Below, in pieces: positions 9,551 through 18,711 of a DNA stretch of 64,000 bases. Within the stretch, counting starts at the first letter, position 1, and the number at the start of each line of letters is the position of its first letter. The position numbers were made by a program, and so were the translations under genes. The notes under the pieces were generated by a model, which saw only the letters and a program-made list of their open reading frames with translations, was not told the origin of the DNA and made no database searches. This stretch comes from Abditibacteriaceae bacterium (GTDB lineage Bacteria > Armatimonadota > Abditibacteriia > Abditibacteriales > Abditibacteriaceae), in assembly GCA_965277285.1 (NCBI GenBank), contig OZ255721.1:3328001-3392000 (forward strand). The letters run 5' to 3'.

Positions 9551-11008
9551 TTAATCGTAGCGACGCCGTTGTGCGGCGGGTGGAACTTTGAGCGCCTCGC
9601 GGTATTTTGTGACCGTTCTTCTGGCGATTTCTATGCCTTTCTTGGCCAATTCCGCGCTGATTTGTTCGTCGGAGTACGGTTTGCGCGGATTTTCTTCCGC
9701 CAGCAAGTCTTTAATCACTTCTTTCACGCTCAAACTCGAATCAAAAAACATTTCGCAGGGAATCACTTCACCAGCGGGAATCAAAGCGTGTTTGCCCGTG
9801 ACAGCGCGCCCGACCGTGCTTTCATGCAAGCCCAATTGATGCGCCACCGAAAGCCTTGTCAAAGGTTTCAGCGAATGCGTGCCTTCTTCCAGAAACTTGC
9901 CTTGCTCGCCCGCGACGGCTTCGATAATCAATTTGAGGGTTTTGCGGCGCTGGTTCAGGTTGTCGATGAATTCGCGGGCGCGCGTCAAATAAATTTGAAC
10001 GTGTTCGCGGTCTTTGCTGGAATAGCCAGTGGGATCGCGGCGCATGGCGTCCCATAACTGGCGATAAACCGCGTTGACGCGAAGCCCTAAACTGCGCGAC
10101 TCGCTGACCGTGACTTCATAAACGCCGTCTTTGCCTTCGATTTTGGAAATCGTGACATCGGGGCGGACGCGTCCCGCGCCTTGCGAACCTTGCGATTGCC
10201 AGGAGGGGCGATACTGGCGCCCGGGATAAGGCGTTAATCGCGTGCGAATGAAATCGGCGACTTCCTGAATCGTATCAAGCGGCATCTTCATTTTGCGCGC
10301 GATGTCTTCATAAGAATGGCGCGCCATGGTTTCCCAGTACTCGTCGATCAAAGTCAGCGCGAGTTTGGCGTGATCTCCGGCGCGGTCGCGTTCGTCCCAA
10401 TGGACCAGTTGAAGTCGCAAGCATTCGCGTAACGTCCGCGCGCCGACGCCGACCGGATCGAGCTGCTGAATTTCGCTCAGCACTTCTTCGAGTTTTTCAA
10501 TTGGAATGCACAAGCCTTCGGACAACGTTTCCAAATCGGTGTCGAGATAACCGTCGTCGTTGATGCAGCCGATCAGCGTATCGCCGATTTCGCGGTGTTC
10601 TTTGGAACAATTCAAGCGCCAGGCCCAGCGCAGATGATCGCCCAGCGTTTCGGGAGAAACCAACCGCGCCACGACATCATCAATTTCGTCGTCGGCGGAA
10701 TAAGCCGGTTTTTCGGTTGGCGCGGCTTCAAGTGCGAGGTCAGCTAATTTGTCTTTTGCCGCTTCGACGATTTCGTCTTCTTTGGTGAATTGGTAGCCAC
10801 ACTCGCGGCACATCACGGTCAGCATCGTCGCGCCGCACGCCGGACAAACGCGTTCGGCGGTGAGATCGAGCGCGGGATTTTCCTGCAATTCGCTGTCAAT
10901 GGCCTGCTCGAGTTCGACCGAAGGCTGCTGCAAGAGGGCGTAAAACGCGATCATTTTGGGATTGAGCGACTGCTCCATTCCCTGACCCATTCCAAGAGAT
11001 TGCGACAT
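9551..11008 (-). CDS. rpoN: RNA polymerase sigma-54 factor
   Basis: ENPAL, DPVGVGAR, LHESTVGR and RpoN box ARRTVTKYRE; contains a CPAC-x9-CREC insert. Confidence 0.96.
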   Translation of the reverse strand: MSQSLGMGQGMEQSLNPKMIAFYALLQQPSVELEQAIDSELQENPALDLTAERVCPACGATMLTVMCRECGYQFTKEDEIVEAAKDKLADLALEAAPTEKPAYSADDEIDDVVARLVSPETLGDHLRWAWRLNCSKEHREIGDTLIGCINDDGYLDTDLETLSEGLCIPIEKLEEVLSEIQQLDPVGVGARTLRECLRLQLVHWDERDRAGDHAKLALTLIDEYWETMARHSYEDIARKMKMPLDTIQEVADFIRTRLTPYPGRQYRPSWQSQGSQGAGRVRPDVTISKIEGKDGVYEVTVSESRSLGLRVNAVYRQLWDAMRRDPTGYSSKDREHVQIYLTRAREFIDNLNQRRKTLKLIIEAVAGEQGKFLEEGTHSLKPLTRLSVAHQLGLHESTVGRAVTGKHALIPAGEVIPCEMFFDSSLSVKEVIKDLLAEENPRKPYSDEQISAELAKKGIEIARRTVTKYREALKVPPAAQRRRYD

Positions 11009-11135
11009 AAAGCGCGAAGTTCCTTTCGATACGGCAAGTTTCGATGAATAATGACGACCTGACAAAAAAGCCTAACATAAAACCTTCGCGCATGACGGGC
11101 GAAGGAGAAGAGTTTGAAAACGGCTCGAGAAATGG

Positions 11136-11250
11136 AACACGGAGGCTGCGCCCGCACGGATAACAACACGGATGAACACAGATCGAAATCAAACCAGCTA
11201 AAAATCCGTGTTCATCTGTTTGATCCGTGTAGGCGAAGCCTTCGTGTTCT
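11136..11250. repeat. Imperfect inverted-repeat element with CACGGATGAACACAGAT arms
   Basis: ACACGGATGAACACAGAT pairs imperfectly with ATCCGTGTTCATCTGTT; an outer stem GAACACGGAGGCT/AGCCTTCGTGTTC encloses it. Confidence 0.7.
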
Positions 11251-11362
11251 CAATTCATTTCGAGACCTGGCAGATACGTAATCGAGTACTCGATTGCCGC
11301 GCCATAGAAGCGCAAGAGCGTTCGCGGGTTGCAATCAATTTAAGTTGGCGGGAACGTTTTCT

Positions 11363-14032
11363 TTAGCGAGCGGCGATTTCATACCACAAGGTTTGGTATT
11401 GCGCACCGATGGCAAACTGCAATTGTCCGTTTTTGATTTGCGACGGCACTACGACAGTTCGCGCGCCACGATTATCGAGCGCGTAAACCGTCGCGGTTTT
11501 CGCTGAAGTGCGCAACGAAATCTGCGCGGGAACGCCTTCGGCCATCGTTGGGCCAGTGCCCCAATTGCTGCCAACCGAATTGCGCGCCGCGTTCCAACCC
11601 ACGTTCTGGTTTTCCACGTTGCTTAACGCCGTCAACAGCAAAGATGACGAAACACCAATTGGCTTGCCGTCTTTGGAGTTCAGCGAAACCGTGGCGAAAT
11701 TGCGCGTTGTGGGCGACATCGAAACCGTGAAGCCGCTCAACGTCGCGCTTTGTCCGCCCAAGAAACCGACGATTGATTTCACGTTTGGCGCATCAACCTT
11801 GAACAACGCTTTCTGCGGCGTGGCGTTGTTCCAGGCCAGGACGTTTTTGCGGTTGGCATCGAGTACTCGATTGAGCGAAATGGCGCCGTTGCCATCGGTC
11901 AGGCGCAGGTTCATGCGTGTCGAAAGCAAGTCGTTCAACGTCCATCCGGCGTTTGTCCAGCGGCGCAGGACATCGCTGTCCCAAAAGTTGCCCGGCTTGT
12001 CGCTCGCCAGCGTGGAGACAACGGCATCGCGCGGAACCGTCAAAGTGCTGATCGAATTGTTGACCGGAACACCCTGACCCAGAAACATCAAGGCGGCAGC
12101 GGGCATGTTCGCCATTTTGTTGGGATCGGCATCGACATCGAAAAAGTTGACGATTTTGTTGCGATCCCAATTTTCTTGCTCGCTGTGATAATCGAAAAGG
12201 AAAAAGCCGTCCCAATCTTGCGCAGCAGCGTAGGCCGCCATGAAAGGCAAGGTTTCCGAAGCGTAATCGCTGGGCGCCGGATGATTGTATTCGGTCACAG
12301 TGAACGGCTTGCCTTCGACGCGATGCGCCGCCAAAAACGGCAAGGTTCCGCCGTTTGCGTCGCTCACCATCGCCGTGTTGCCAATCAGCCAATTATTTGG
12401 ATCCCACATCGCGCCAGGATATTGCGGATGTTGCCAGTAGGCATGATGATCGATCCAATCCATGCGCGATTCGCGGACGACGCCGCCCAAGCCGCCCAGC
12501 CACGATTGCGAACACGTCACCAGCGATTTGGCGCCCAAATCTTGCTTGAGGTAGTTGTACATTCCGACCGAAAAATCGCGCTCGACGCCCATCAAAAAGT
12601 CCACCATGTCGCGCCCACGCAACGAGTTATCAATTAGCGCCATTTGAACGCTGCCGTCTTCCAACCGTTGCGCGCCGATGTCGCTCGAAGCGCCGCGCTG
12701 CAACGACACATCGGCGATCCACAGTTCGCCGGTCGCGCCGCCTATGGCAAAAGATAAGCGGCTGTGGTTGGGAATCGGGTTTTTCAATGTGGCCGTGAGT
12801 TCGTAACGCTTCCAATCGGTCGACAGGTTAAAATTGGCGGCGGGCGAAAGTTCGCCCCACGGCGCTTCATCGCGCCCGATGTAGGCCGCTAAAGGTCGCG
12901 CTTTATCGGCTTTGGCCCAAAAGCGAATGGTGTAAATCGCGCCGTTTGGCAAATTCAAGCCGTTGTAATGAAATTGCTGCTTCCAATCGGCATCACCAAT
13001 CGAGCGAATCGAGAAATGAACGGTCTGACCGTTTGGCGAAGGCGTGTTTCCAGTACTCGAAATCGGCTCGACAGTTGTCGAATAATCGCCCGCTTGTTTT
13101 TCGTTTGACCAATTATCGAGGCCGCTGGCGAACTGGTTGTTCTGCAAAATGTTCGGCCCCAAACCCGGGCCCTGCCACGCAGTTTTCAAGCTTTGCGTCG
13201 AACCATATTTCTTCAGCAAATAGGTGTTCCAGCGCGCTTGCAACTGGTTCAGATAATACGGCGGATAATTGAGGATGCTGCCATTCCAGGCTTGTCCCAA
13301 AAGCGTGTCTTCGTTTGTGATTTCAATCAACGCGATGGTCGGATCGTTCGCCCACGTCAAGCCGGTGTAAGGGTTGAGGTGCGTCAGGAATTGGCGCGCG
13401 TAATGGCGTTGGTGTTCGATGGCGCGCTTTTCAAAATAGGAAACGCCTTTGTTGCTGTCGGGCAATTGATCGGTGTCGGGATAACCGCCCGCAGCCGTTG
13501 GCGACCACGCGACATGAAGATTCAAATCGACGTAAATGCCATTCTTTTTGAACTGCGCTACCAGATAATCGAGCGCATTCAGCGAAGACGGCGCGAGAAT
13601 TTCGTTGGGCAAATTGGCGGCGTCGCGGTTGGCGCCGAAGATGGACGGTTGTGCCCACGTCGCGTCCATGTGGTGCAGGCGCACGATATTGAAACCCAGT
13701 TTGTGCATTCGCGCCGCAACGGCCGCGGCATCGGCTTTGGAAAGAAAGTTGGCGCCCGCGACGAAGTTCGTCCCCAGAAAACGCACGCGCCGTCCCATCG
13801 TGTCATAGAAGTGACCGTTGCGCACGCCAATGCGACGCGCGTTCGTCAATGGCGCGGGATTGAGAAAACTCACGTCTGTCACGGTTTTGCTGGCGTCGTT
13901 CCACGGCATGACAAAAGGAAAACGCGCGGCTGAAACCGCTTGAGTATTGGCGACTTTCGCATTAAAAGCGCAACTTAAGGCGAGAGCAGTCAAAAAAGCG
14001 CGACGAAAATGGCGCGGGCACAATCCGTTCAT
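11363..14032 (-). CDS. Secreted clan GH-A-like glycoside hydrolase with an inserted CBM4/9-like domain
   Basis: Signal peptide; RFLGTN, GFNIVRLHHMD, GIYVDLNLH, EITNE (acid/base) and TEYNH (nucleophile); central beta-sandwich segment. Confidence 0.75.
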   Translation of the reverse strand: MNGLCPRHFRRAFLTALALSCAFNAKVANTQAVSAARFPFVMPWNDASKTVTDVSFLNPAPLTNARRIGVRNGHFYDTMGRRVRFLGTNFVAGANFLSKADAAAVAARMHKLGFNIVRLHHMDATWAQPSIFGANRDAANLPNEILAPSSLNALDYLVAQFKKNGIYVDLNLHVAWSPTAAGGYPDTDQLPDSNKGVSYFEKRAIEHQRHYARQFLTHLNPYTGLTWANDPTIALIEITNEDTLLGQAWNGSILNYPPYYLNQLQARWNTYLLKKYGSTQSLKTAWQGPGLGPNILQNNQFASGLDNWSNEKQAGDYSTTVEPISSTGNTPSPNGQTVHFSIRSIGDADWKQQFHYNGLNLPNGAIYTIRFWAKADKARPLAAYIGRDEAPWGELSPAANFNLSTDWKRYELTATLKNPIPNHSRLSFAIGGATGELWIADVSLQRGASSDIGAQRLEDGSVQMALIDNSLRGRDMVDFLMGVERDFSVGMYNYLKQDLGAKSLVTCSQSWLGGLGGVVRESRMDWIDHHAYWQHPQYPGAMWDPNNWLIGNTAMVSDANGGTLPFLAAHRVEGKPFTVTEYNHPAPSDYASETLPFMAAYAAAQDWDGFFLFDYHSEQENWDRNKIVNFFDVDADPNKMANMPAAALMFLGQGVPVNNSISTLTVPRDAVVSTLASDKPGNFWDSDVLRRWTNAGWTLNDLLSTRMNLRLTDGNGAISLNRVLDANRKNVLAWNNATPQKALFKVDAPNVKSIVGFLGGQSATLSGFTVSMSPTTRNFATVSLNSKDGKPIGVSSSLLLTALSNVENQNVGWNAARNSVGSNWGTGPTMAEGVPAQISLRTSAKTATVYALDNRGARTVVVPSQIKNGQLQFAIGAQYQTLWYEIAAR

Positions 14033-14222
14033 GGATGTTCTCCTGAAGACGAAATTTCTGGGGACGCATAGTTTACAAGCTATTTCTAAAGGCACGCGGC
14101 GCGTCGAAAGCGTAGCTTCGCGGCAGCTTGCGAAATGGTAAACTGCGACGCACTTTTGAAGTTGAATAAGACGTGCGAGTATCTTGAATCGAGTACTCGA
14201 TTGGTTGACGAGGAGGCCGTTT

Positions 14223-14606
14223 ATGTCGGTTTGCGTAACGCAGGGAATTAAAATCAGTGTCGAGCCGGTTTACGCGCCCGAACAATCGGAGCCGGAAAGC
14301 CACAAATATCTGTTCGCCTATCACATCACGATTGAAAACGAAGGCGAGCAAAGCGCGCAACTCTTGACGCGGCATTGGATTATCAAAGACGCCTGGCATC
14401 ACATCGAGGAAGTGCAGGGCGAAGGCGTCGGCGGCGAAATGCCGATTTTGGAGCCGGGCGCCGCCTTTTCTTATTCGAGTTGGTGTCCTTTACGCACCGA
14501 ATACGGCACGATGCGCGGCACTTATGGCATGGCGCGTCCCGATGGCGAACTTCTCGAGGCAGTTATCGCGCCTTTTGTCCTTATGCCGCCGTCGATGTTG
14601 AACTGA
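14223..14606 (+). CDS. apaG: ApaG protein
   Basis: YLFAYHITIEN, QLLTRHWII, GEGVGG and GTMRGTY; RBS GAGGAGG upstream. Confidence 0.95.
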   Translation: MSVCVTQGIKISVEPVYAPEQSEPESHKYLFAYHITIENEGEQSAQLLTRHWIIKDAWHHIEEVQGEGVGGEMPILEPGAAFSYSSWCPLRTEYGTMRGTYGMARPDGELLEAVIAPFVLMPPSMLN

Positions 14607-14857
14607 TTTGCCGAGCCGATTTTGAATCGTCAAATTCGGAGACATCAAAGCGTGCATCGAGTACTCGAACTTCGATGCGCGCTTTTGTCTTATTGGTATT
14701 CTGCCCCGCAAAAGCTTGCTCGATGTTGTGTTTCGCTTCTCGAACCTTTGTCTGGCACAAGGGAAAAGAAAGTTTGGCTGTCCCAGCGAAATAGAACTTT
14801 CTTAATGGCATTTCTGTGGCATAATTGAACAAAGCACACTCGCTCGGATGTTTCGCC

Positions 14858-15817
14858 ATGGCACACAAACTTTCTCCTGATGCTCGTTTGCCCGATACTC
14901 GGCAGTTGCCGTTCCTATTGCGCTTGATCGACGATTCCTCGCCGCGCGTGCGTGAACGCGTCGCACAACAATTGCGCGCGTTCGGCAATGGTCTGGAACG
15001 CGAAATACAAGCGCAAAACCTCGTTTTAACGACTTCGCAGCGCACCGCGTTGAACGCTCTGGGCTTGCGCGAAAAAGCAGTTGCATCCGCGCATTCGTGG
15101 CTCGAATGGCTGGGTCAGCACGACGAAAACGCCAAGCTGGAAGCGGCGCTGTCGCATTTAGCGCACTGGCAAAAGGAAGCGGAATCGCTGTCCGAATCTT
15201 CTGCCGAGTATTTGAACAACGAGTACTCGAACGAATATCTTAATGCCGCGCCGCGCAACCTCGATTTATTGCCGCGTTCGTTCGGGCGCAAAAAGCCGGA
15301 ATTAGGTGTCGCGCTGGATCGTTTGGCGCAGGATTTTCGCGCGACCGGACGGCCCTGGCATCCCGAGGCGCTGAGCGCGTGGCTTTTCGTCGAAAAAGGT
15401 TTGCGCGGCGACACGCGCGATTATTACAACGCGCGCAACTCGAACCTGCTTCATGTCATCCAATACGGGCGTGGAATTCCGATCAGCCTGTCGTGCATTT
15501 TTATTTTGGTCGGCGCGCGCCTGGGATTAGACATTCGCGGCTGCAATTTTCCAGGACATTTCCTGGCGCACGCGCGCAGTGGCGGCTTGGATTTACTATT
15601 CGATTGTTTCGACGCCGGACGCTTGCTGTCGCCCTTTGAAACCAACGCCATTCGCAAAGCCGAACCACGACTTTTAGAAACGCGAATGCCTTCGGAAGTC
15701 ATTGTTACGCGCGTGCTGCGCAATCTCACCGTCGCTTACGAACATTCCGGCGAGTTCGAGAAAATGCAATACGTTCAAGGCTTGCTCAGCGAACTCGAAC
15801 ACGCTACGGGACAGTAA
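14858..15817 (+). CDS. SirB1/transglutaminase-like (Transglut_core2) family protein
   Basis: GDTRDYYNARNS, GIPISLS, NFPGHFL and RVLRNL. Confidence 0.85.
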   Translation: MAHKLSPDARLPDTRQLPFLLRLIDDSSPRVRERVAQQLRAFGNGLEREIQAQNLVLTTSQRTALNALGLREKAVASAHSWLEWLGQHDENAKLEAALSHLAHWQKEAESLSESSAEYLNNEYSNEYLNAAPRNLDLLPRSFGRKKPELGVALDRLAQDFRATGRPWHPEALSAWLFVEKGLRGDTRDYYNARNSNLLHVIQYGRGIPISLSCIFILVGARLGLDIRGCNFPGHFLAHARSGGLDLLFDCFDAGRLLSPFETNAIRKAEPRLLETRMPSEVIVTRVLRNLTVAYEHSGEFEKMQYVQGLLSELEHATGQ

Positions 15818-15833
15818 TTACGGGACAGTAATT

Positions 15834-15996
15834 AGGAAGCAGCGGCTGGAAGCAGTTCGAGTACTCGAACGCTTAGGCTTTGAAGTTCTCGCAAAAAAAC
15901 AGGTTCGACCAATAAAAAAGCGCACTCAGAAATTGAGTGCGCTTTTTTCTTTAGGACTGCTTCAAGTACTCGAACTGCCTTCTGCCGCTGCCTTCT
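15834..15996. repeat. GGCAG-rich inverted-repeat element with the palindrome in both arms and an internal bidirectional terminator-like hairpin (15914-15948)
   Basis: GCAGTTCGAGTACTCGAA ... TTCAAGTACTCGAACTGC; AAAAAAGCGCACTCA/TGAGTGCGCTTTTTT lies between convergent genes. Confidence 0.75.
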
Positions 15997-16006
15997 GCCC
16001 ACTGAA

Positions 16007-16921
16007 CTAAGGCTGAATCCAGACTGGCGTGCCCATTTTTGTGGCGGAATACAGTTCTTCGATTTCGCGGTCGGTCAGCGCGATACAACCCGCTGTCCAA
16101 TCATTGCGGCCTCGTTTTGCGGCTTGCTTTTGCGCGAAAGGGCTGCCTGTGCCGCCGTGAATGCCGACCCAACCGCCCAAGCGCGTGTCCCATAAAGGCG
16201 CGCCGCGCGAAGCCAGTCGACGATTGATCAATGTATATTCACGCCACGAAAGGACGCCGCTGTTAACGCCGCGCGCCGCGTCCGGCACGTCAGGATAACT
16301 CAAGCCGAGAAAAATGTGAAACGCGGAATTGGTCGAGTTGCGCGTGCAAATGCGGAAATGACCTTCGGGCGTGCGTCCATCATGCTCGCGGCTTTTGGCA
16401 CCCACAGGATTGGCGCCCAGCGCGACCTGATACGTTTTTACCAGTTGCCCGCCGTTCCACAACTCTAAGCGACGCTGCGCTTTCACGATGACGATGCGCG
16501 CATTAGGCAGCGGCAGCGGCAGTTTGGCTTCCCGCGCCAACACGGACAACGCCACGCCCGTTGTTGGCAGGGTCTTTGGCGTTGCTGCTGTCTTTGGCGT
16601 TGCTGGCTTTGGTGTTGCATCGGGCGAAGCCGTTGTGTCGGGCGAGGCCGTTGCTGTAACAGTTGGCGAAACTGATGGTGCAGCGGTTGGTTGCGCATCG
16701 GGCGAAGTGACAGTTGGTGTCGCTGGTGTGGCAATCGCCGTAGGATCACCGCTGGTCTGCGAGTTTTGAATGGTAATCGCAGGGGAAGCCGTGCTGCTTT
16801 GCGATGGAATTGGTGGAGTTTGCGTTTGCGCGGAAACGGCTGCCAAATGCGCTGCGGACAAGGCGCAACAGACGGCGAAAATCGAAAACGCGCGACGGCG
16901 CGGAAAGAATCGAGTACTCAT
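16007..16921 (-). CDS. L,D-transpeptidase (YkuD) family protein with a low-complexity T/P/A linker
   Basis: DGRTPEG, IHG and WTAGCIAL; signal peptide; start set at MSTRFF. Confidence 0.9.
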   Translation of the reverse strand: MSTRFFPRRRAFSIFAVCCALSAAHLAAVSAQTQTPPIPSQSSTASPAITIQNSQTSGDPTAIATPATPTVTSPDAQPTAAPSVSPTVTATASPDTTASPDATPKPATPKTAATPKTLPTTGVALSVLAREAKLPLPLPNARIVIVKAQRRLELWNGGQLVKTYQVALGANPVGAKSREHDGRTPEGHFRICTRNSTNSAFHIFLGLSYPDVPDAARGVNSGVLSWREYTLINRRLASRGAPLWDTRLGGWVGIHGGTGSPFAQKQAAKRGRNDWTAGCIALTDREIEELYSATKMGTPVWIQP

Positions 16922-16941
16922 TGTGGACAAAAACTGGGAAA

Positions 16942-17211
16942 TTAGACTTTGGAAGGTTGAAGTTGAACTTCGTGTTGAGCGCGTTGGAGCGAGCGTCGTA
17001 ATCGTTCTTCGGTGATGCGCACAGCGAGACGATGGCGGCCATTGAACGTAACGACGGGAATGTGACATTTCCAGCGTTCGCGCAAGGCGGCATCGCTGGA
17101 AATGTCGATTTTTTGCAAAGTGAAAGCGAACTCGTTTTGCAAGGTGTGCAACAGCGTTTCGCATTTATCGCACAGGCAACAACCTGGCTTCCCGTAGAGA
17201 ACGACGTGCAT
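16942..17211 (-). CDS. Glutaredoxin-like protein (DUF836-type)
   Basis: YGKPGCCLCD, IDI and IPVV. Confidence 0.85.
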   Translation of the reverse strand: MHVVLYGKPGCCLCDKCETLLHTLQNEFAFTLQKIDISSDAALRERWKCHIPVVTFNGRHRLAVRITEERLRRSLQRAQHEVQLQPSKV

Positions 17212-17222
17212 GATTTTCGACT

Positions 17223-18095
17223 TTACTTCAAAACCGCGACGCGCTTGAGAACATCGTCCTGGCGCAACTGGAGAACGACGTTTTGGCCTTTGAGAACCTT
17301 GCCAAAAACGGTGTAGCCGACGCCGTCCTGCGCGTTTTCTTTATCCAGGAAAGGCGTCGCATCGAGTGTGAAATAAAACTGGCTGCCCGCGGAATCGGGG
17401 TCTTGAGTGCGCGCCATGGCCAGCACCATCGCGTTGTGCTTGAGTGCATTATATTCGCGCGGAATCGTGTAGCCAGGTCCGCCCGAACCCGCCATAGCAC
17501 GGAATGTGGCAGTTTTCGATAAAGGATCGCCGCCTTGAATGATGCGCGCCGGTTGTCCCGACCCCGCGCCCAAATCGGCGAAACGATGAAACGTGGTGCC
17601 GTTATAAAAATTCTTCTGCGCCAGGTACAGGAAACTTTTGACGTGCAGCGGCGCCGCTTTGCCGTTGAGTTCGACCGTGATGTCGCCTTTAGAAGTCGAG
17701 AAGAGAACGCGCGCTGTGTCCGGCACTTTCATCGAAGCGGGCGGCGGCGGAAGCGCCATTTTGTGGATCGCTGCCGCAATCGCCGCGGGATAACTCGCTT
17801 GTGCTTCATCGACGACCTGATACGTTTTCTTCGTGGAAGAATCGCTGGTTGAAGCAGCCGTATTGCTGGTGGTATCCGTCGCGTTGCTGGACGTATTGGT
17901 GGCCGCATTTGATGTCGCATCGTTGGAAGTGGCCGAGTTGGTTGCGACATTGGAAGTAGCCGTATTTGTGGCGGACGTGGTGGCATTAGTCGTCGAATTG
18001 GCGCTTGTGTCGGTGCCGTTTACGTTCGAGGCGCAACCAACCAGACACCAGGCCAAAGGTACCGCTAAAGGCAGTGAAAACAGAAATTTCTTCAT
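17223..18095 (-). CDS. Cyclophilin-type peptidyl-prolyl isomerase, probable lipoprotein
   Basis: LVGC lipobox; FYNGTTFHR, IQGGDP, SAGSQFY and YTVFGKV. Confidence 0.92.
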   Translation of the reverse strand: MKKFLFSLPLAVPLAWCLVGCASNVNGTDTSANSTTNATTSATNTATSNVATNSATSNDATSNAATNTSSNATDTTSNTAASTSDSSTKKTYQVVDEAQASYPAAIAAAIHKMALPPPPASMKVPDTARVLFSTSKGDITVELNGKAAPLHVKSFLYLAQKNFYNGTTFHRFADLGAGSGQPARIIQGGDPLSKTATFRAMAGSGGPGYTIPREYNALKHNAMVLAMARTQDPDSAGSQFYFTLDATPFLDKENAQDGVGYTVFGKVLKGQNVVLQLRQDDVLKRVAVLK

Positions 18096-18175
18096 AAGAG
18101 ATGAAACGTTCGAGTACTCGAATCAAGGACTCTAAAGGCGAAACAGGAAAGCGGGCAACGATGCGGTTGCGATAT

Positions 18176-18409
18176 TTACGCAGTTGCGGTCGCTTCTTCG
18201 TCGGTGATGGAGACTTCGATGGGTTTTTCGGGCGTAAGCGCTGCGACAGGCGCATTGCGGCGATAACGGTCGAGTCCGTAGCATTCGCGGCACATGATGT
18301 TGTTGAGCGCAAACGGCACATAGCGCAATTCGCGTCCGCACTGACCGCACTTGGCGCGCGTAACTTGAAAGGGTTCTTTAACGTTGGTTTTGTTGCTGGA
18401 AATGGCCAT
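18176..18409 (-). CDS. Small zinc-binding protein (CxxC-x17-CxxC-like)
   Basis: CGQCG...VPF...CRECY pattern. Confidence 0.6.
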   Translation of the reverse strand: MAISSNKTNVKEPFQVTRAKCGQCGRELRYVPFALNNIMCRECYGLDRYRRNAPVAALTPEKPIEVSITDEEATATA

Positions 18410-18711
18410 AAAAAATGTCCTTGAAAGATTGATCGGTACTTTATTTTCCGAATATCGTGACGCCATCGAAACGACGCGCAAAATTATTATAGCAGCCGAA
18501 CCGCACATTGCGCTCTCTCAAAGGTGAAACATGCCTTGTTCCCTCGACGTTTCTCGATGCAACAACAATCCCGCGTCACGACATTCCGTTATATAATTGT
18601 TCCTATTATCTATCGCGTTTTTGCGTCGCATCAGTTTTTAAAGCACGTTGAGGCGCAACGCACTTTTTGCGAAGAAGTTTTCGAGAAGCACAGGAAATAA
18701 ACGGAGTCACT

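Noticed and set aside
15805..15832. 14-bp tandem duplication TACGGGACAGTAAT x2 at a gene end
   Set aside because: Real but most likely a local slippage event; it does not flank an element as a target-site duplication would
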